52,322 nt of DNA from a virus. Taxonomy: Duplodnaviria > Caudoviricetes. Below the pieces are notes generated by a model. That model saw only the letters and a program-made list of their open reading frames with translations, was not told the origin of the DNA and did no database searches. Each line of letters begins with the position of its first letter. Positions within the stretch are counted from its first letter, which is position 1. Below are positions 10,538 through 21,346 of the stretch, in pieces. Both the position numbers and the translations under genes were made by a program. The stretch covers positions 1 to 52,322 of IMG/VR virus record IMGVR_UViG_3300011113_000545. One strand, given 5' to 3'.

Positions 10538-11707
10538 ATGACAGAAGTTGTAATACAACCCAATTTACGAAACGATCAAAGCCTTAGGGCTAAGAGTCTC
10601 GACGGCCCAGGTTTTATTAGCCAAGAAAGTGCAATAGCGGCCAACGAACAAATTCAAACTCTTAATCAGCTTCGCAATGAAATGACTGATTACATTAGGC
10701 TCCGGCTAGGTGATCAGATTGTGGATGTTGAATTAGACAAAGAGCACTATGATCTTGCTATAAAACAAGCATTAACAAAATACAGACAAAAAGCATCAAA
10801 TGCTGTAGAAGAAAGTTATGCATTTCTGGACTTATTGCCCAATGTGCAAGAATACATTTTGCCAAATAATATAATGGAAGTGCGACAGATTTTTAGACGA
10901 GGCATTGGTAGTACCACAGGAACCACAGCCAGTCAATTTGAACCATTTGCATCGGGATACTTGAACACTTATATGTTAGTCGCTGGTAGGGTGGGTGGAT
11001 TAACAAACTACGAATTATTTGCTCAATATCAGGAATTGGCCATGATGATGTTCGGTGGCTACATTAATTATACATGGAACCGTGTAACTAAAAAACTTAC
11101 TCTTGTGAGAAAAATTCCCTACGATGATGGTGTAGTAGTATCTCCGACTTCTATTACCGCAGCAAATACAGTAGTGAACAGTGTCATTACCATTGTCCTG
11201 CCAGCTCCGCAAACAAAATTAAAAGTTAATAGCAGCATATACATACAAAATTGTTCTGTGCAAGGGTACAGCACACAATATAGAATACAAACTATCGATG
11301 CTACTAGTACCGTGATTACGGTATTAGCTAATCAGACTCTTGGTGCAGCCAGTGTAACTGGCACTGCTTTGCAAAGAACACAGATTTCTTTTCAAACATA
11401 TCAGGATGAAACCAATGACTATCAGCCCGAAAGTGTGTTGCTTTGGATATACAACTACAAGCCAGACAGTATGTTGCTCAGTGACCCACAAGTTTATCCT
11501 TGGCTTCAAGAGTATGCTTTGGCATTTTCCAAAAGCATATTAGGACAAGCACGTGGTAAATTCAGTACTATTGCTGGACCGCAAGGTGGTGGCCAATTAA
11601 ATGGGGCCGCTCTGTTGGCAGAAGCTCAGCTCGAAATGGAACAACTCGAAAAAGATTTAGCCAATTACGTTGATGGATCACAACCGTTGACATGGGTCAT
11701 TGGATAA
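10538..11707 (+). CDS. neck protein (T4 gp13-like)
   Basis: YIRLRLG..VDVEL, WLQEYALA..K..LG..RGKF..GP.GG.LNG..L. Confidence 0.8.
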   Translation: MTEVVIQPNLRNDQSLRAKSLDGPGFISQESAIAANEQIQTLNQLRNEMTDYIRLRLGDQIVDVELDKEHYDLAIKQALTKYRQKASNAVEESYAFLDLLPNVQEYILPNNIMEVRQIFRRGIGSTTGTTASQFEPFASGYLNTYMLVAGRVGGLTNYELFAQYQELAMMMFGGYINYTWNRVTKKLTLVRKIPYDDGVVVSPTSITAANTVVNSVITIVLPAPQTKLKVNSSIYIQNCSVQGYSTQYRIQTIDATSTVITVLANQTLGAASVTGTALQRTQISFQTYQDETNDYQPESVLLWIYNYKPDSMLLSDPQVYPWLQEYALAFSKSILGQARGKFSTIAGPQGGGQLNGAALLAEAQLEMEQLEKDLANYVDGSQPLTWVIG

Positions 11708-11736
11708 TGTAAAATAGCAACTCCTTAGGAGTTTCT

Positions 11737-12333
11737 ATGATTATTGGTATTTGCGGTCTTATTGGCGCAGGCAAAGACACTGCCGCTGATTATTTGGTCA
11801 ACTTTCACGAATTTCGCAGGGATAGCTTTGCAGCCACTCTTAAAGATGCAGTTGCGTCTGTGTTTGGTTGGGATAGGGAACTGTTGGAAGGTCGAACAAA
11901 AACAGCAAGGGAATGGCGTGAACAAATCGATACATGGTGGGCTGCTCGTTTAAATATGCCAAATTTAACTCCTAGACTTGCACTCCAGTTATGGGGCACA
12001 GAAGTTTGTCGCAGAGGCTTTCACGATGAAATTTGGATCGCCAGCGTGGAAAATAAAATTCGCCAAAGTAAAGACAATATTGTTATCAGTGATTGTCGTT
12101 TTCCTAATGAAATAGCCAGTATTCGTAGAGCAGGGGGTCGAGTGATTAGAATTACCAGAGGACAAAATCCAGACTGGTTTGCAGTTGCTAGACGTAATCC
12201 AGAATTAATGCCAATACAACATCCTGAAGTCCATGCCAGTGAATATAGTTGGGCTGCTACTGATTTTGATTTTGTTATTGACAATAATGGGTCGATTGAA
12301 GACCTGTATGCTCAGCTTAAAAATCTGGTATAA
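11737..12333 (+). CDS. deoxynucleoside monophosphate kinase (T4 gp1-like)
   Basis: GLIGAGKDT P-loop, FAATLKD, TPR..LQ..GTE, ISDCRFPNE, HASE. Confidence 0.9.
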   Translation: MIIGICGLIGAGKDTAADYLVNFHEFRRDSFAATLKDAVASVFGWDRELLEGRTKTAREWREQIDTWWAARLNMPNLTPRLALQLWGTEVCRRGFHDEIWIASVENKIRQSKDNIVISDCRFPNEIASIRRAGGRVIRITRGQNPDWFAVARRNPELMPIQHPEVHASEYSWAATDFDFVIDNNGSIEDLYAQLKNLV

Positions 12334-12664
12334 TTGGACTTTCGCGCCAAGGTACTTTGGATACAGATACTTCTATTCTACAATTTAAGCAGACCGTTTT
12401 TAAATTGATACTGTCTGTGTTTCTTAAATTGCCGTCTAAATGAAAAACCGTTAATTGTTTTTCTGGAAACTTTGCACGATACCCGCATTTTTCACACTGT
12501 GGTTTTTTTCTATAACCAGACTTAAACCATGAAGGCGGCACAGGCTTTAATTTTTTTCCTTTTCGAGAACAGCTATTACAAACTTTTCTGTATCGAGTTT
12601 TTCCGTTGCTGGTATAATTGATAGCAACAGGATTTTGATGGCATAAAAGACAAGTTGGGCGCAT
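12317..12664 (-). CDS. HNH/zinc-finger protein
   Basis: Three CxxC motifs plus VFHLDGN...N...CLNC; ATG at 12664 is the likely start. Confidence 0.65.
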   Translation of the reverse strand: MRPTCLLCHQNPVAINYTSNGKTRYRKVCNSCSRKGKKLKPVPPSWFKSGYRKKPQCEKCGYRAKFPEKQLTVFHLDGNLRNTDSINLKTVCLNCRIEVSVSKVPWRESPIIPDF

Positions 12665-12759
12665 TGTAAAGATACTTAGTCTTTCGAAAGGCACACCAAA
12701 CTGCCTATATTTTTCATGTTTCGATAAATATCTTTAACAGTTTAATGAGGACATGAAAC

Positions 12760-15700
12760 ATGGCATTAGTTTCTCCAGGCGTACAAGTAACAGTTATAGA
12801 TGAAAGCAATTATGCACCAGCGGCGCTGGGATCTGTAGCTTACATTTTGTTGGCAACCGCCGAAAATAAAGTTGCACCAGGCGGAACTGCAATTGCAGCA
12901 GGCACGTTAGCAGAAAATGCAGGCAAAGTATACACAATTACTAGCCAGCGTGATTTGGTTACTACTTTTGGTACACCAATTTTCAAAACTACTGCAGGTG
13001 GTGCACCTATCAACGGCGACGAGCAAAACGAATATGGATTGTTGGCTGCATATAGTGCGCTAGGTGTTAGTAATACAATTTATATTCAACGAGCTGACGT
13101 TGACTTAGGTGCTCTCAATGGTACAACTACTCGTCCATTGTCTAATCCATCAGCAGGTAATTTATGGCTAGATGTTAGTAATAGTAACTGGGGTATTTTT
13201 GAGTGGAATGCAAGTACAAACTCATTCACACAAAAAGCAACATCTGTCATTACTTCTACAGAATATCTTGCTAGCGATAATTTTACACCTAACGCCACAG
13301 TTGGCACAGTGGGCGATTATATCGTTAACGCATATAATTCAGAAAATCCAGTTTTCTACAAACGCTATGATAACACTTGGCAACAAGTTGGTAATATCGG
13401 ATGGCAAACTGGTATACCAACAGTTACCGGAACACAAACAAATCCAGTAGTAGCAAGTCTAAGTTATATTTTGATTAACGGAACAAATGTATCAATTACT
13501 GGTGGATCTAACGTTACGACCGTAGCAGCACAGATTAATTCTGCAGGTATTACAGGTATCCTTGCCCGTACTTCGAATGGTCAATTGATAATTACAGCAA
13601 ACGCATCTGCAACAAGCGCGGCTGCAAATATTCAGAATGGTGGCGGTAATGCTATTACGACATTGGGTATTACAGCAGGTACATACCCAGCAGCTACAAC
13701 TAGTATTGCTCCATATTTTAGTGTTCCTTTATGGCAAAGCAATGCTGCCCCTACCGGAAGTGTATGGCAAAAAGCCAGCGCACTTGGTAATGGCGAAAAC
13801 ATGGTTGTTAAAGAGTTTAACACTTCGACACTAACTTGGAACTCGTTGACAGTTAACAGCTATGCAAATGTATTCGCAGCAACGTTTGGATTAGACCCCA
13901 CTGGTGGCGGTTCTAATATTGTTGAAGGTGCTGCTTTTAATCAATATAACCCCAACGAAAATGGTACATTAGCAAATCAAATTTGGTATCGTAAAAATAC
14001 TGGAGCAACAATTTTAACAGGAAATACTACCTCTCCAGTAGCACCTGGTGTTGGCGCAACGTTCTCGATTCAAACAAGAGCAAATGCTAGTTTAGCTAAT
14101 GTAACCACTGTTTCTGTAACAGTAACTACAGGAACTATCAACGGATTAATTCAAGCCATTGCTAGTGCATGTGGCGCTGCAGGAGTCACAGATATTGTGG
14201 GCGGCGTAGATTCGACGGGCGCATTTACTATTACACACCAAAAAGGTGGAGACGTGATTCTGACAGACGGAACTCAAACTCCGTTGTCTAATGTTGCACT
14301 AATTGCAGGGGCAACTAATGTTTATGCTTCTCCAGCTAACGCCAGTGTGTTAATAGGCACAAATTGGCAGCCGTTGAGTAATGCAAACACTTACGACAAA
14401 CCTTATACTGCTTCGACTACACAGCCATATGATGCTCCAGCCAGTGGAACATTATGGTATTACAATACACCGAGTCGTGTAGATATTATGGTAAGTAATG
14501 GAAGTGCTTGGTTGGGATATCAGAATTTAAGTAGTGATATTCGTGGTTATAACCTAACACAAACAAATCCAAATGGTCCGATTATTTCTACAACGGAACC
14601 CGCAAAACAAGATGACAGTACACCGTTGGTGTTAGGTGATTTATGGTTAGACTCCAGCGATTTAGAGAATTATCCAAAACTATACAGATATCAAAATGTG
14701 TCTGGTATTAATCAATGGGTGTTGATTGACAACACCGATAGTGTAAGTCAGAATGGTATTCTTTTTGCAGATGCTCGTTGGGCTCCAGATGGTGCTGTTA
14801 ACACAACTGATCCAGCAACAGACGCTATTCCAACTATCAAGTCGTTGCTAACCAGCAATCACACTGATTTAGATGCACCAGATCCAGCACTGTATCCTAG
14901 AGGCACATTGCTATGGAACACCCGTGCAAGCGGATATAACGTTAAGGAATACAGACCTAACTACTTTAGTCAGCAAGCATATCCACTAGATCCTGCTCAA
15001 ACAGAAACAGGTGCATGGGTCACTGTAAGCGGATTTGATGTTACCGGAGTGCCAAATTTTGGTCGTAAAGCTCCACGTGGTGTGGTTGTTGCTGCATTAA
15101 AATCTAGCATCGACAGCAGTACAGAATTGAGAGAAGACGCCAATCAGTTTAACTTAATCAGCTGCCCTGGGTATCCAGAACTTATCCCTAATATGATTTC
15201 TTTGAATGAAGATCGTGACAATACAGCATTCATCATTGGTGATTCACCATTAAGGTTGCAGGCTACTGGAACATCAATTCAATCATGGGCAACAAATACC
15301 AGTGATGTAACTAGTACTGGCGAATACGGTTTAAATACCGTGAATCCGTATGTAGGTATATACTATCCACAAGGACAAACAAATGATCTGAGCGGAACAG
15401 CAGTGGTTGTGCCATCAAGTCATGCAGTAATTCGTGCAATGATTAAGAGTGATAATAATAGCTATCCTTGGTTAGCCCCAGCTGGAACACGCCGCGGCCT
15501 AATTGACAATTTAAATGCAATTGGCTATATCGATCAAAACAGCGGAAGATTTATTAGTATTGGTGTAACACAAGGTCTTCGGGATGTTATGTACAGTAAT
15601 AAAATTAATCCATTGACCTTCTTACCAGGTAATGGGCTATTAATTTACGGACAAAAGACATTAAGTTCAACTCCCAGTGCCTTAGACCGCATTAATGTTG

Positions 15701-16038
15701 CTAGATTAGTTAACTATCTAAGACAACAATTGAATGTTATTGCAAGACCATTTATATTTGAACCAAATGACCCAATCACTCGCAACGGTATTTTAACAGT
15801 TGTAAATAGCTTGTTGAATGACCTTGTGGCAAAACGTGGTATTACAGACTATCTAGCAGTTTGTGATTCATCAAATAACACACCAGAACGTATTGCTAGA
15901 AATGAACTATATGTCGATGTTGCGATTCAGCCAACAAAAGACGTTGAGTTTATTTACATACCAATAAGGTTGAAGAACCCTGGTGAAATCCAAGCTGGCA
16001 ATTTAGCATCAGCTTCAGCCGTAGGAACAGGAGCATAA
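12760..16038 (+). CDS. tail sheath protein (T4 gp18-like)
   Basis: SPGVQVTVIDES N-terminus; PWLAPAG.RRG, INP, GQKT, DRINVARL, FEPND, CD.SNNT C-terminus. Confidence 0.95.
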   Translation: MALVSPGVQVTVIDESNYAPAALGSVAYILLATAENKVAPGGTAIAAGTLAENAGKVYTITSQRDLVTTFGTPIFKTTAGGAPINGDEQNEYGLLAAYSALGVSNTIYIQRADVDLGALNGTTTRPLSNPSAGNLWLDVSNSNWGIFEWNASTNSFTQKATSVITSTEYLASDNFTPNATVGTVGDYIVNAYNSENPVFYKRYDNTWQQVGNIGWQTGIPTVTGTQTNPVVASLSYILINGTNVSITGGSNVTTVAAQINSAGITGILARTSNGQLIITANASATSAAANIQNGGGNAITTLGITAGTYPAATTSIAPYFSVPLWQSNAAPTGSVWQKASALGNGENMVVKEFNTSTLTWNSLTVNSYANVFAATFGLDPTGGGSNIVEGAAFNQYNPNENGTLANQIWYRKNTGATILTGNTTSPVAPGVGATFSIQTRANASLANVTTVSVTVTTGTINGLIQAIASACGAAGVTDIVGGVDSTGAFTITHQKGGDVILTDGTQTPLSNVALIAGATNVYASPANASVLIGTNWQPLSNANTYDKPYTASTTQPYDAPASGTLWYYNTPSRVDIMVSNGSAWLGYQNLSSDIRGYNLTQTNPNGPIISTTEPAKQDDSTPLVLGDLWLDSSDLENYPKLYRYQNVSGINQWVLIDNTDSVSQNGILFADARWAPDGAVNTTDPATDAIPTIKSLLTSNHTDLDAPDPALYPRGTLLWNTRASGYNVKEYRPNYFSQQAYPLDPAQTETGAWVTVSGFDVTGVPNFGRKAPRGVVVAALKSSIDSSTELREDANQFNLISCPGYPELIPNMISLNEDRDNTAFIIGDSPLRLQATGTSIQSWATNTSDVTSTGEYGLNTVNPYVGIYYPQGQTNDLSGTAVVVPSSHAVIRAMIKSDNNSYPWLAPAGTRRGLIDNLNAIGYIDQNSGRFISIGVTQGLRDVMYSNKINPLTFLPGNGLLIYGQKTLSSTPSALDRINVARLVNYLRQQLNVIARPFIFEPNDPITRNGILTVVNSLLNDLVAKRGITDYLAVCDSSNNTPERIARNELYVDVAIQPTKDVEFIYIPIRLKNPGEIQAGNLASASAVGTGA

Positions 16039-16039
16039 T

Positions 16040-16657
16040 ATGGCAGTTTCATCGTTAACAAGATTTACAGTCCCTTTAGGTGGTAACCAAAGTGCTACCA
16101 CTCAAGGTCTTTTAATGCCAAAATTAAAGTTTCGTTATCGCGTAACTTTTGATAAATTTGGTGTAAGCAACCCTAAGACAGAAATGACCAAGCAAGTGAT
16201 GTCATTTGCTCGACCTCAGGTCACATTCGATCCAGTGGAAATTCCTATATATAACAGTCGTGTATATATTGCAGGTAGACCAACTTGGAATGCTGTGGCA
16301 ACCACACTCAGAGATGATGCGGGCGGCAATGTAAGTAGACTAGTGGGTGAGCAGTTACAAAAGCAATACGATTTTATGGAACAAGCTAGTGCAAGTTCTG
16401 GAGTCGATTATAAGTTTGTAACTACCATAGAAATGTTAGACGGTGCTAACGGAACAGTTGAACCAACAGTACTAGAAGCATGGCAATTATATGGTTGCTT
16501 CTTAACAGATGTAAATTATAATGATTTAGATTATGGTAGCAACGATCCAGTGACTATTACGATGAGTATTCGTTATGATAACGCTATTCAAACAACTGGT
16601 GCAGGCGTTGGCTCTCCAGGCATTACACAGTTTAATACAGCAGCTATTACAGGCTAA
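16040..16657 (+). CDS. tail tube protein (T4 gp19-like)
   Basis: Follows the sheath gene; AGRPTW, W.LYGCF...LDY..ND..I...IRYD. Confidence 0.9.
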   Translation: MAVSSLTRFTVPLGGNQSATTQGLLMPKLKFRYRVTFDKFGVSNPKTEMTKQVMSFARPQVTFDPVEIPIYNSRVYIAGRPTWNAVATTLRDDAGGNVSRLVGEQLQKQYDFMEQASASSGVDYKFVTTIEMLDGANGTVEPTVLEAWQLYGCFLTDVNYNDLDYGSNDPVTITMSIRYDNAIQTTGAGVGSPGITQFNTAAITG

Positions 16658-16675
16658 TATTTTAAACATTTATCT

Positions 16676-16700
16676 AAAGCCCACTTCAGTGGGCTTTTTT
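16676..16700 (+). terminator. intrinsic terminator
   Basis: AAAGCCCAC-TTCA-GTGGGCTTT-TTT. Confidence 0.85.
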
Positions 16701-16717
16701 ATTTGATAAATATTTTT

Positions 16718-19153
16718 ATGGCCTCATTATATAATGCTGATCTAAAACCCATTCAGGCAGGGCAATCTACGCATCCGTATGATCATGCCACACGATTATT
16801 TTTAGCAGATAATTTTAGACTAGCACCTAAACAAAGTTTTCTTTACTATGTAGTAATTAATTTAGATCCAAGTCAGACTCAATTGGGCGGCGGCTTTTTA
16901 GGCACTGCATTAAGCTTTGCAGATAGATATCAAAGTTTAGAAACTGGAATGCTGGTAAAAAGTGTAGAATTACCCAAATTTAGCATAGACACTAAAACAT
17001 TGAATGCCTACAATAGAAAAAATATTATACAAACTAACATTCGTTACGAGCCTGTTGACATTAAATTTCACGACGATGCAGCAGACGTGATTACAAATTT
17101 TTGGAATGATTATTATACTTACTATTATAGAGACAGTGATTATTCCACTACAGCATACGGGCAAGCATACAAGTATCAACAAAGAAATAAAATAGGGTGG
17201 GGATTTACTCCACGTAATAGTGGAATATCGAATTTTTTAAGTAGTATTAGAATTTTTAGTTTACACAATAAAAGATTCACGGAATACTATTTGGCTAATC
17301 CGATCATTACTAGCTGGAAACACGGAGAACACAAAGCTTCGGGTGATAATGAGACGTTAGAAAACAGCATGACAGTGGCATATGAAACTGTAAAATATTT
17401 CACAGGTTATGTAAATCCGGTAAGTGTAGACGGATTTAGTTTATTACATTATGATAATACCAACAGTCCAATTTCAACCAGTGTTACTAACATATACAGC
17501 GATGCAGGGATTTTGGGTGCAATCGATAGTGCTCCAAAAGATTTAAGAAAACCCGATGGTACTGACGGATCTGGCGGACCTGTGTCTAGTTTGTTATCAA
17601 TGTATCGTTTATACAACAACGTTAAAAATGTTAATTTAAATAATGTTGTTGGATCAGTGGTGGGTAACTACGGTGTTTCTGTAATAAACAATGTGTTAAA
17701 TGGTAGTAGTAATCCATTTAATTTTCCTATCACCCCCGGAGAGTCAACGCAGACAAGCTTTAATAATATTATTGGCAGCAGCGGCTATAGTGTAGGACTA
17801 CCTGGCCAGGGAGTGTCTATTGGTGGCACCCTTGCTGGCATTGCTGTTGGGGCGGGACTAAATACAACAAATATAGTGTTAGGCACTGTTGCTTCTGCAG
17901 TTGATAGGGGTATAAACACAATAGCTGAAAATATAACAGCAGGTAGTACCGCAGTATTTGATAATGTGAACAATAACGGAAGCATTCAAGTAAATCCTTC
18001 GAGTCTTCAGCCGGTGACCGGATCCACTACGGCTGCGATAGTCGATTCAACAGGAAAAGTTGTGGCACAAGTCCAAACTAGTACCACTGCCACTGGCGCA
18101 TATAATCCTAACAACTTAACAGAAAATCTTCTTTACGGGCAACGAGTAACAGATCCCAGTGGGCAAGAATATATCAGTAATACATATCGAGACGGTACAC
18201 AAATTAAGTATGATGCGGTCACCGGCAACACATTACAATTTATACCAGGTGCCGCAACTGCTTCAGTTATCGGTGCCCCTATTCAATTTGGTCCAGTGAC
18301 CCAAGACGCACGAACGTTGGCTGTACAAGGTGTATCGTTGCCAGCTAATAGAGTGCAGTACCAGACTGATCCTCAAACAGGATTAATATACACCGTCGGG
18401 GGAACTACTAGCGCAGTGATTACTAACACTATTGCAGGAGCTACGGGTGCAGTGTCAGGTCTATATGCCGGTCAAGCAATTAATCAAGCACTGAGCAGCA
18501 CATTCCTGGGTAAATCTCTTATTGGTAGAACTATTGCTACATCATTGTCTGCTGTTACAGGAGCTGCAATAGGCAGAGCTGTTAATAATGGTCTTCAGCC
18601 AATTATTAACAAAGCATCGGGTGCAGTTGTACAAGCTTGGGATGACAGTGCCGATAAAGTTAAAAATGTGGTTTCTTCATGGACTGGAACTGGCGGATAT
18701 AATCCTGCTACCCCCAGGGATAACCAAGTAAGCAGTACTCCCAATCCAGCTGGCGGATCTACAACTATATACAAAAATGGCGATATAGTATTCGAAGATC
18801 CTAATGGTGTAGTAACTTTCACTCCAGGAAAAAACGATACCGGATTGCTAAGTTTCTTTAATAGAGCGCCTGGTGTAAATGCAGATTCTGCTGTAGCAGG
18901 ACCTCCATACGGGTCAATATGGACTGATTCGCAGGGTAATCCGATATTGTCGGGTGGTGGTGAGGTATCACAAAATAACACCAATGTCAATCAAATTCCT
19001 ATATCAATAATTTCAGACGATACTTCTTCTGCAAATCAATATTTGGCGTTGGCACCTGATGATAGTTTTTATAGTTCACCTGAAGCATACCCTAGTTCAT
19101 ACAATAACGGAATCATTGTTGCAGGGATCAGGGACGACAGCTTTTTAGGATAA
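16718..19153 (+). CDS. tube-like baseplate/tail tube initiator protein with long G/T/S/A-rich extension
   Basis: N-terminal tube-fold-like LVKSVELPKF..YNRK..Y.PV.I.FHDD; TAAATA upstream, ATG at 16718. Confidence 0.55.
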   Translation: MASLYNADLKPIQAGQSTHPYDHATRLFLADNFRLAPKQSFLYYVVINLDPSQTQLGGGFLGTALSFADRYQSLETGMLVKSVELPKFSIDTKTLNAYNRKNIIQTNIRYEPVDIKFHDDAADVITNFWNDYYTYYYRDSDYSTTAYGQAYKYQQRNKIGWGFTPRNSGISNFLSSIRIFSLHNKRFTEYYLANPIITSWKHGEHKASGDNETLENSMTVAYETVKYFTGYVNPVSVDGFSLLHYDNTNSPISTSVTNIYSDAGILGAIDSAPKDLRKPDGTDGSGGPVSSLLSMYRLYNNVKNVNLNNVVGSVVGNYGVSVINNVLNGSSNPFNFPITPGESTQTSFNNIIGSSGYSVGLPGQGVSIGGTLAGIAVGAGLNTTNIVLGTVASAVDRGINTIAENITAGSTAVFDNVNNNGSIQVNPSSLQPVTGSTTAAIVDSTGKVVAQVQTSTTATGAYNPNNLTENLLYGQRVTDPSGQEYISNTYRDGTQIKYDAVTGNTLQFIPGAATASVIGAPIQFGPVTQDARTLAVQGVSLPANRVQYQTDPQTGLIYTVGGTTSAVITNTIAGATGAVSGLYAGQAINQALSSTFLGKSLIGRTIATSLSAVTGAAIGRAVNNGLQPIINKASGAVVQAWDDSADKVKNVVSSWTGTGGYNPATPRDNQVSSTPNPAGGSTTIYKNGDIVFEDPNGVVTFTPGKNDTGLLSFFNRAPGVNADSAVAGPPYGSIWTDSQGNPILSGGGEVSQNNTNVNQIPISIISDDTSSANQYLALAPDDSFYSSPEAYPSSYNNGIIVAGIRDDSFLG

Positions 19154-19159
19154 TTAAAT

Positions 19160-19543
19160 ATGCAAGAACAACCGTATAATCCGGTTCAACCTACTAATAT
19201 AGGATCCAGCGGGACAAATAAAACAACAAAATATTTTAACAATTATTTTGCTGGCACAGTTGATATTGATCAAAATATCAACGATTCAATACTAAGTTAT
19301 TTTGAACAACAAACAGGGAATATAGAAACTGCAAGATTATTGGTTCTTGCAGTAATTGAAACTGCAAAAGCTCAACGAGAAGATCCCATAGATGTTTTAA
19401 ATCAATTTCAAAAAATGCCCGAAGGAGATTTAAACGCATTCATGGCACTGTACTTAAACACTTCGAGAGTTAACACTAGCTTTCTGGGAATAAAGACAAG
19501 TCCCAAGGCCAATCAATATGTTACAAGAACTATAATAGCATGA
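19160..19543 (+). CDS. hypothetical protein
   Basis: ORF in the structural operon, overlaps the next start. Confidence 0.7.
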   Translation: MQEQPYNPVQPTNIGSSGTNKTTKYFNNYFAGTVDIDQNINDSILSYFEQQTGNIETARLLVLAVIETAKAQREDPIDVLNQFQKMPEGDLNAFMALYLNTSRVNTSFLGIKTSPKANQYVTRTIIA

Positions 19544-19974
19544 GCAAATATAGTCAAGGTAAGTACACAATAAAAAATCCTGAAAAATATATAGGCAAAC
19601 GAGATCCAACTTATAGATCTAGTTGGGAATTTGCTTTCATGAATTTTTGTGATAATAATCCTGCGGTATTACAATGGGCCAGTGAAGCAATTCATGTAAA
19701 TTACAGAAACCCTTTTACAAATAAAAATACAATTTATGTGCCTGATTTTTTAATCATTTATGTTGACAAAAACGGAAAACGTCACGGTGAAGTAATTGAA
19801 GTAAAGCCCACAAAAGAAACTACCATGGAAGCAGCTAAAAGTGTAAGAGACAAAGCAGCAGTCGCTCTTAACATGTACAAATGGGAAGCTGCAAGAAAAT
19901 TTTGTGCAGCACAAGGTCTCACTTTCAGAGTTGTCAACGAAACTGATATTTTTGCTGGTACCAAAAAACGGTAA
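19540..19974 (+). CDS. head completion nuclease (T4 gp4-like, TnsA-like fold)
   Basis: NPEKY.G, YRSSWE, WASE, YVPDF, EVKP, KWEAA..FC. Confidence 0.9.
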   Translation: MSKYSQGKYTIKNPEKYIGKRDPTYRSSWEFAFMNFCDNNPAVLQWASEAIHVNYRNPFTNKNTIYVPDFLIIYVDKNGKRHGEVIEVKPTKETTMEAAKSVRDKAAVALNMYKWEAARKFCAAQGLTFRVVNETDIFAGTKKR

Positions 19975-19979
19975 TTTGT

Positions 19980-20174
19980 ATAAAGTCAGAATTAAAGCGC
20001 GGGGAGTTAAATCCATTTTATGGAAAAACTCATACTATGGAATCCAGAAGTAAGATGGGGCTTGTATTAAAAGGAGTATCCAAACCTAAATATACTTGTG
20101 ACATATGTGGAAAAACTGTCGGCGGATTAAACAATTTTCTGCGCTGGCACAAAAATCGATGTAAGCCAAATTAA
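19980..20174 (+). pseudogene. homing endonuclease C-terminal remnant (NUMOD3 + Zn finger)
   Basis: Open frame translates to GELNPFYGKTHT...CDICGKTVGGLNNFLRWHKNRCK; no nuclease domain, first ATG only at 20037. Confidence 0.65.
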
Positions 20175-20191
20175 AGATCTATAAATACCAT

Positions 20192-20683
20192 ATGACGAAA
20201 AAATTGGAATCTCTTTTTAATTTGCCCCCTGCAGAAGATGTGGCTGAAGATAATCAAGATCCTCAAACTCTAGTGGAACAACAGCAAATATTCGACAAGG
20301 TAAATCTCACTATAGACAAAATAGATAGCGCATTACCCTTTGTTACTGGGTTAGATAAAAGTGACGAAGAGTTAGATGATTTGGCAAATATGGCAAAAAA
20401 TAGTGCAAAAGATTTACTCGATCTGGGAATGAACATGGAAGCAAGATTCAGTGGACAAGTATTTCAAACAGCCGGAGTACTGTTGGGTCATGCAATAACA
20501 GCCAAACAAGCTAAGTTAGATAAAAAACTAAGAATGGTAGATCTACAGTTAAAGAAAATGAGATTAGATCATCAACTTAAACAAGACGGCGCTGGTGTAG
20601 GTAATGATGCTATCGACGGGCAAGGGGTAGTGTTAGATAGAAATGCGCTATTGGCACAAATACTAAACAAACCCAAGCAATAA
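20192..20683 (+). CDS. hypothetical protein, possible terminase small subunit
   Basis: Helical 163-aa protein behind a TATAAATA promoter; function inferred from context only. Confidence 0.45.
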   Translation: MTKKLESLFNLPPAEDVAEDNQDPQTLVEQQQIFDKVNLTIDKIDSALPFVTGLDKSDEELDDLANMAKNSAKDLLDLGMNMEARFSGQVFQTAGVLLGHAITAKQAKLDKKLRMVDLQLKKMRLDHQLKQDGAGVGNDAIDGQGVVLDRNALLAQILNKPKQ

Positions 20684-20716
20684 TTACTGAATTTTAATAA
20701 ATATCGTATATTAGGA

Positions 20717-21346
20717 ATGAATATGAAACCATTTAAAGCCTATCTAACTGAAAGTCATAGAACATATGATTTTAGAATTAGATTAGCCTGCGAGCTACCA
20801 GACGATCTGATCTCTAAAATTAAAACTGTTTTAGAAGCTTACAAATTAGATTCTATTAGTAAGCCAAAGAGATTACCTATACAAGAAACTCCAGAATTTC
20901 CTAACATGGGACCTGTTGAAGTTAGCGTCATGGAAATTTCTTTGAACTACCCATGCAACGACGAACAAGTTAGAACATTGATTGCAGAACGAGCAGGAAT
21001 TAATCTAGCTTGCATTAAAGTTAATCCCACAAATAGCCCGTATGAAGCAGCATTACAGGGATTAGAACAGAGCAATAAATCTTCACAGCCAGGTGAATCA
21101 GTGCTATTACAGCCTGACATGGTAGCTGAAAAAGTAGAGTCAGATTTGGTAGGAAATGCAAGAATTCCCAATTTAATCAAAGAATTAGAAGAAACTCGCA
21201 AGTATGAGTACCCCGAAGTTGCTGGTGGTAAATCGCCCGCAGCAAAAACAACAAACGAGTTGCCGCAAGGAAGCGCAAGTCCAATCGGCACACATAAAAA
21301 CAAAATAATTAACCCACGTGGTATGAAGGCAGGAAACGGAAAATGA
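20717..21346 (+). CDS. hypothetical virion protein
   Basis: MKPFKAYLTE N-terminus resembles a T4-type capsid-targeting propeptide. Confidence 0.6.
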   Translation: MNMKPFKAYLTESHRTYDFRIRLACELPDDLISKIKTVLEAYKLDSISKPKRLPIQETPEFPNMGPVEVSVMEISLNYPCNDEQVRTLIAERAGINLACIKVNPTNSPYEAALQGLEQSNKSSQPGESVLLQPDMVAEKVESDLVGNARIPNLIKELEETRKYEYPEVAGGKSPAAKTTNELPQGSASPIGTHKNKIINPRGMKAGNGK

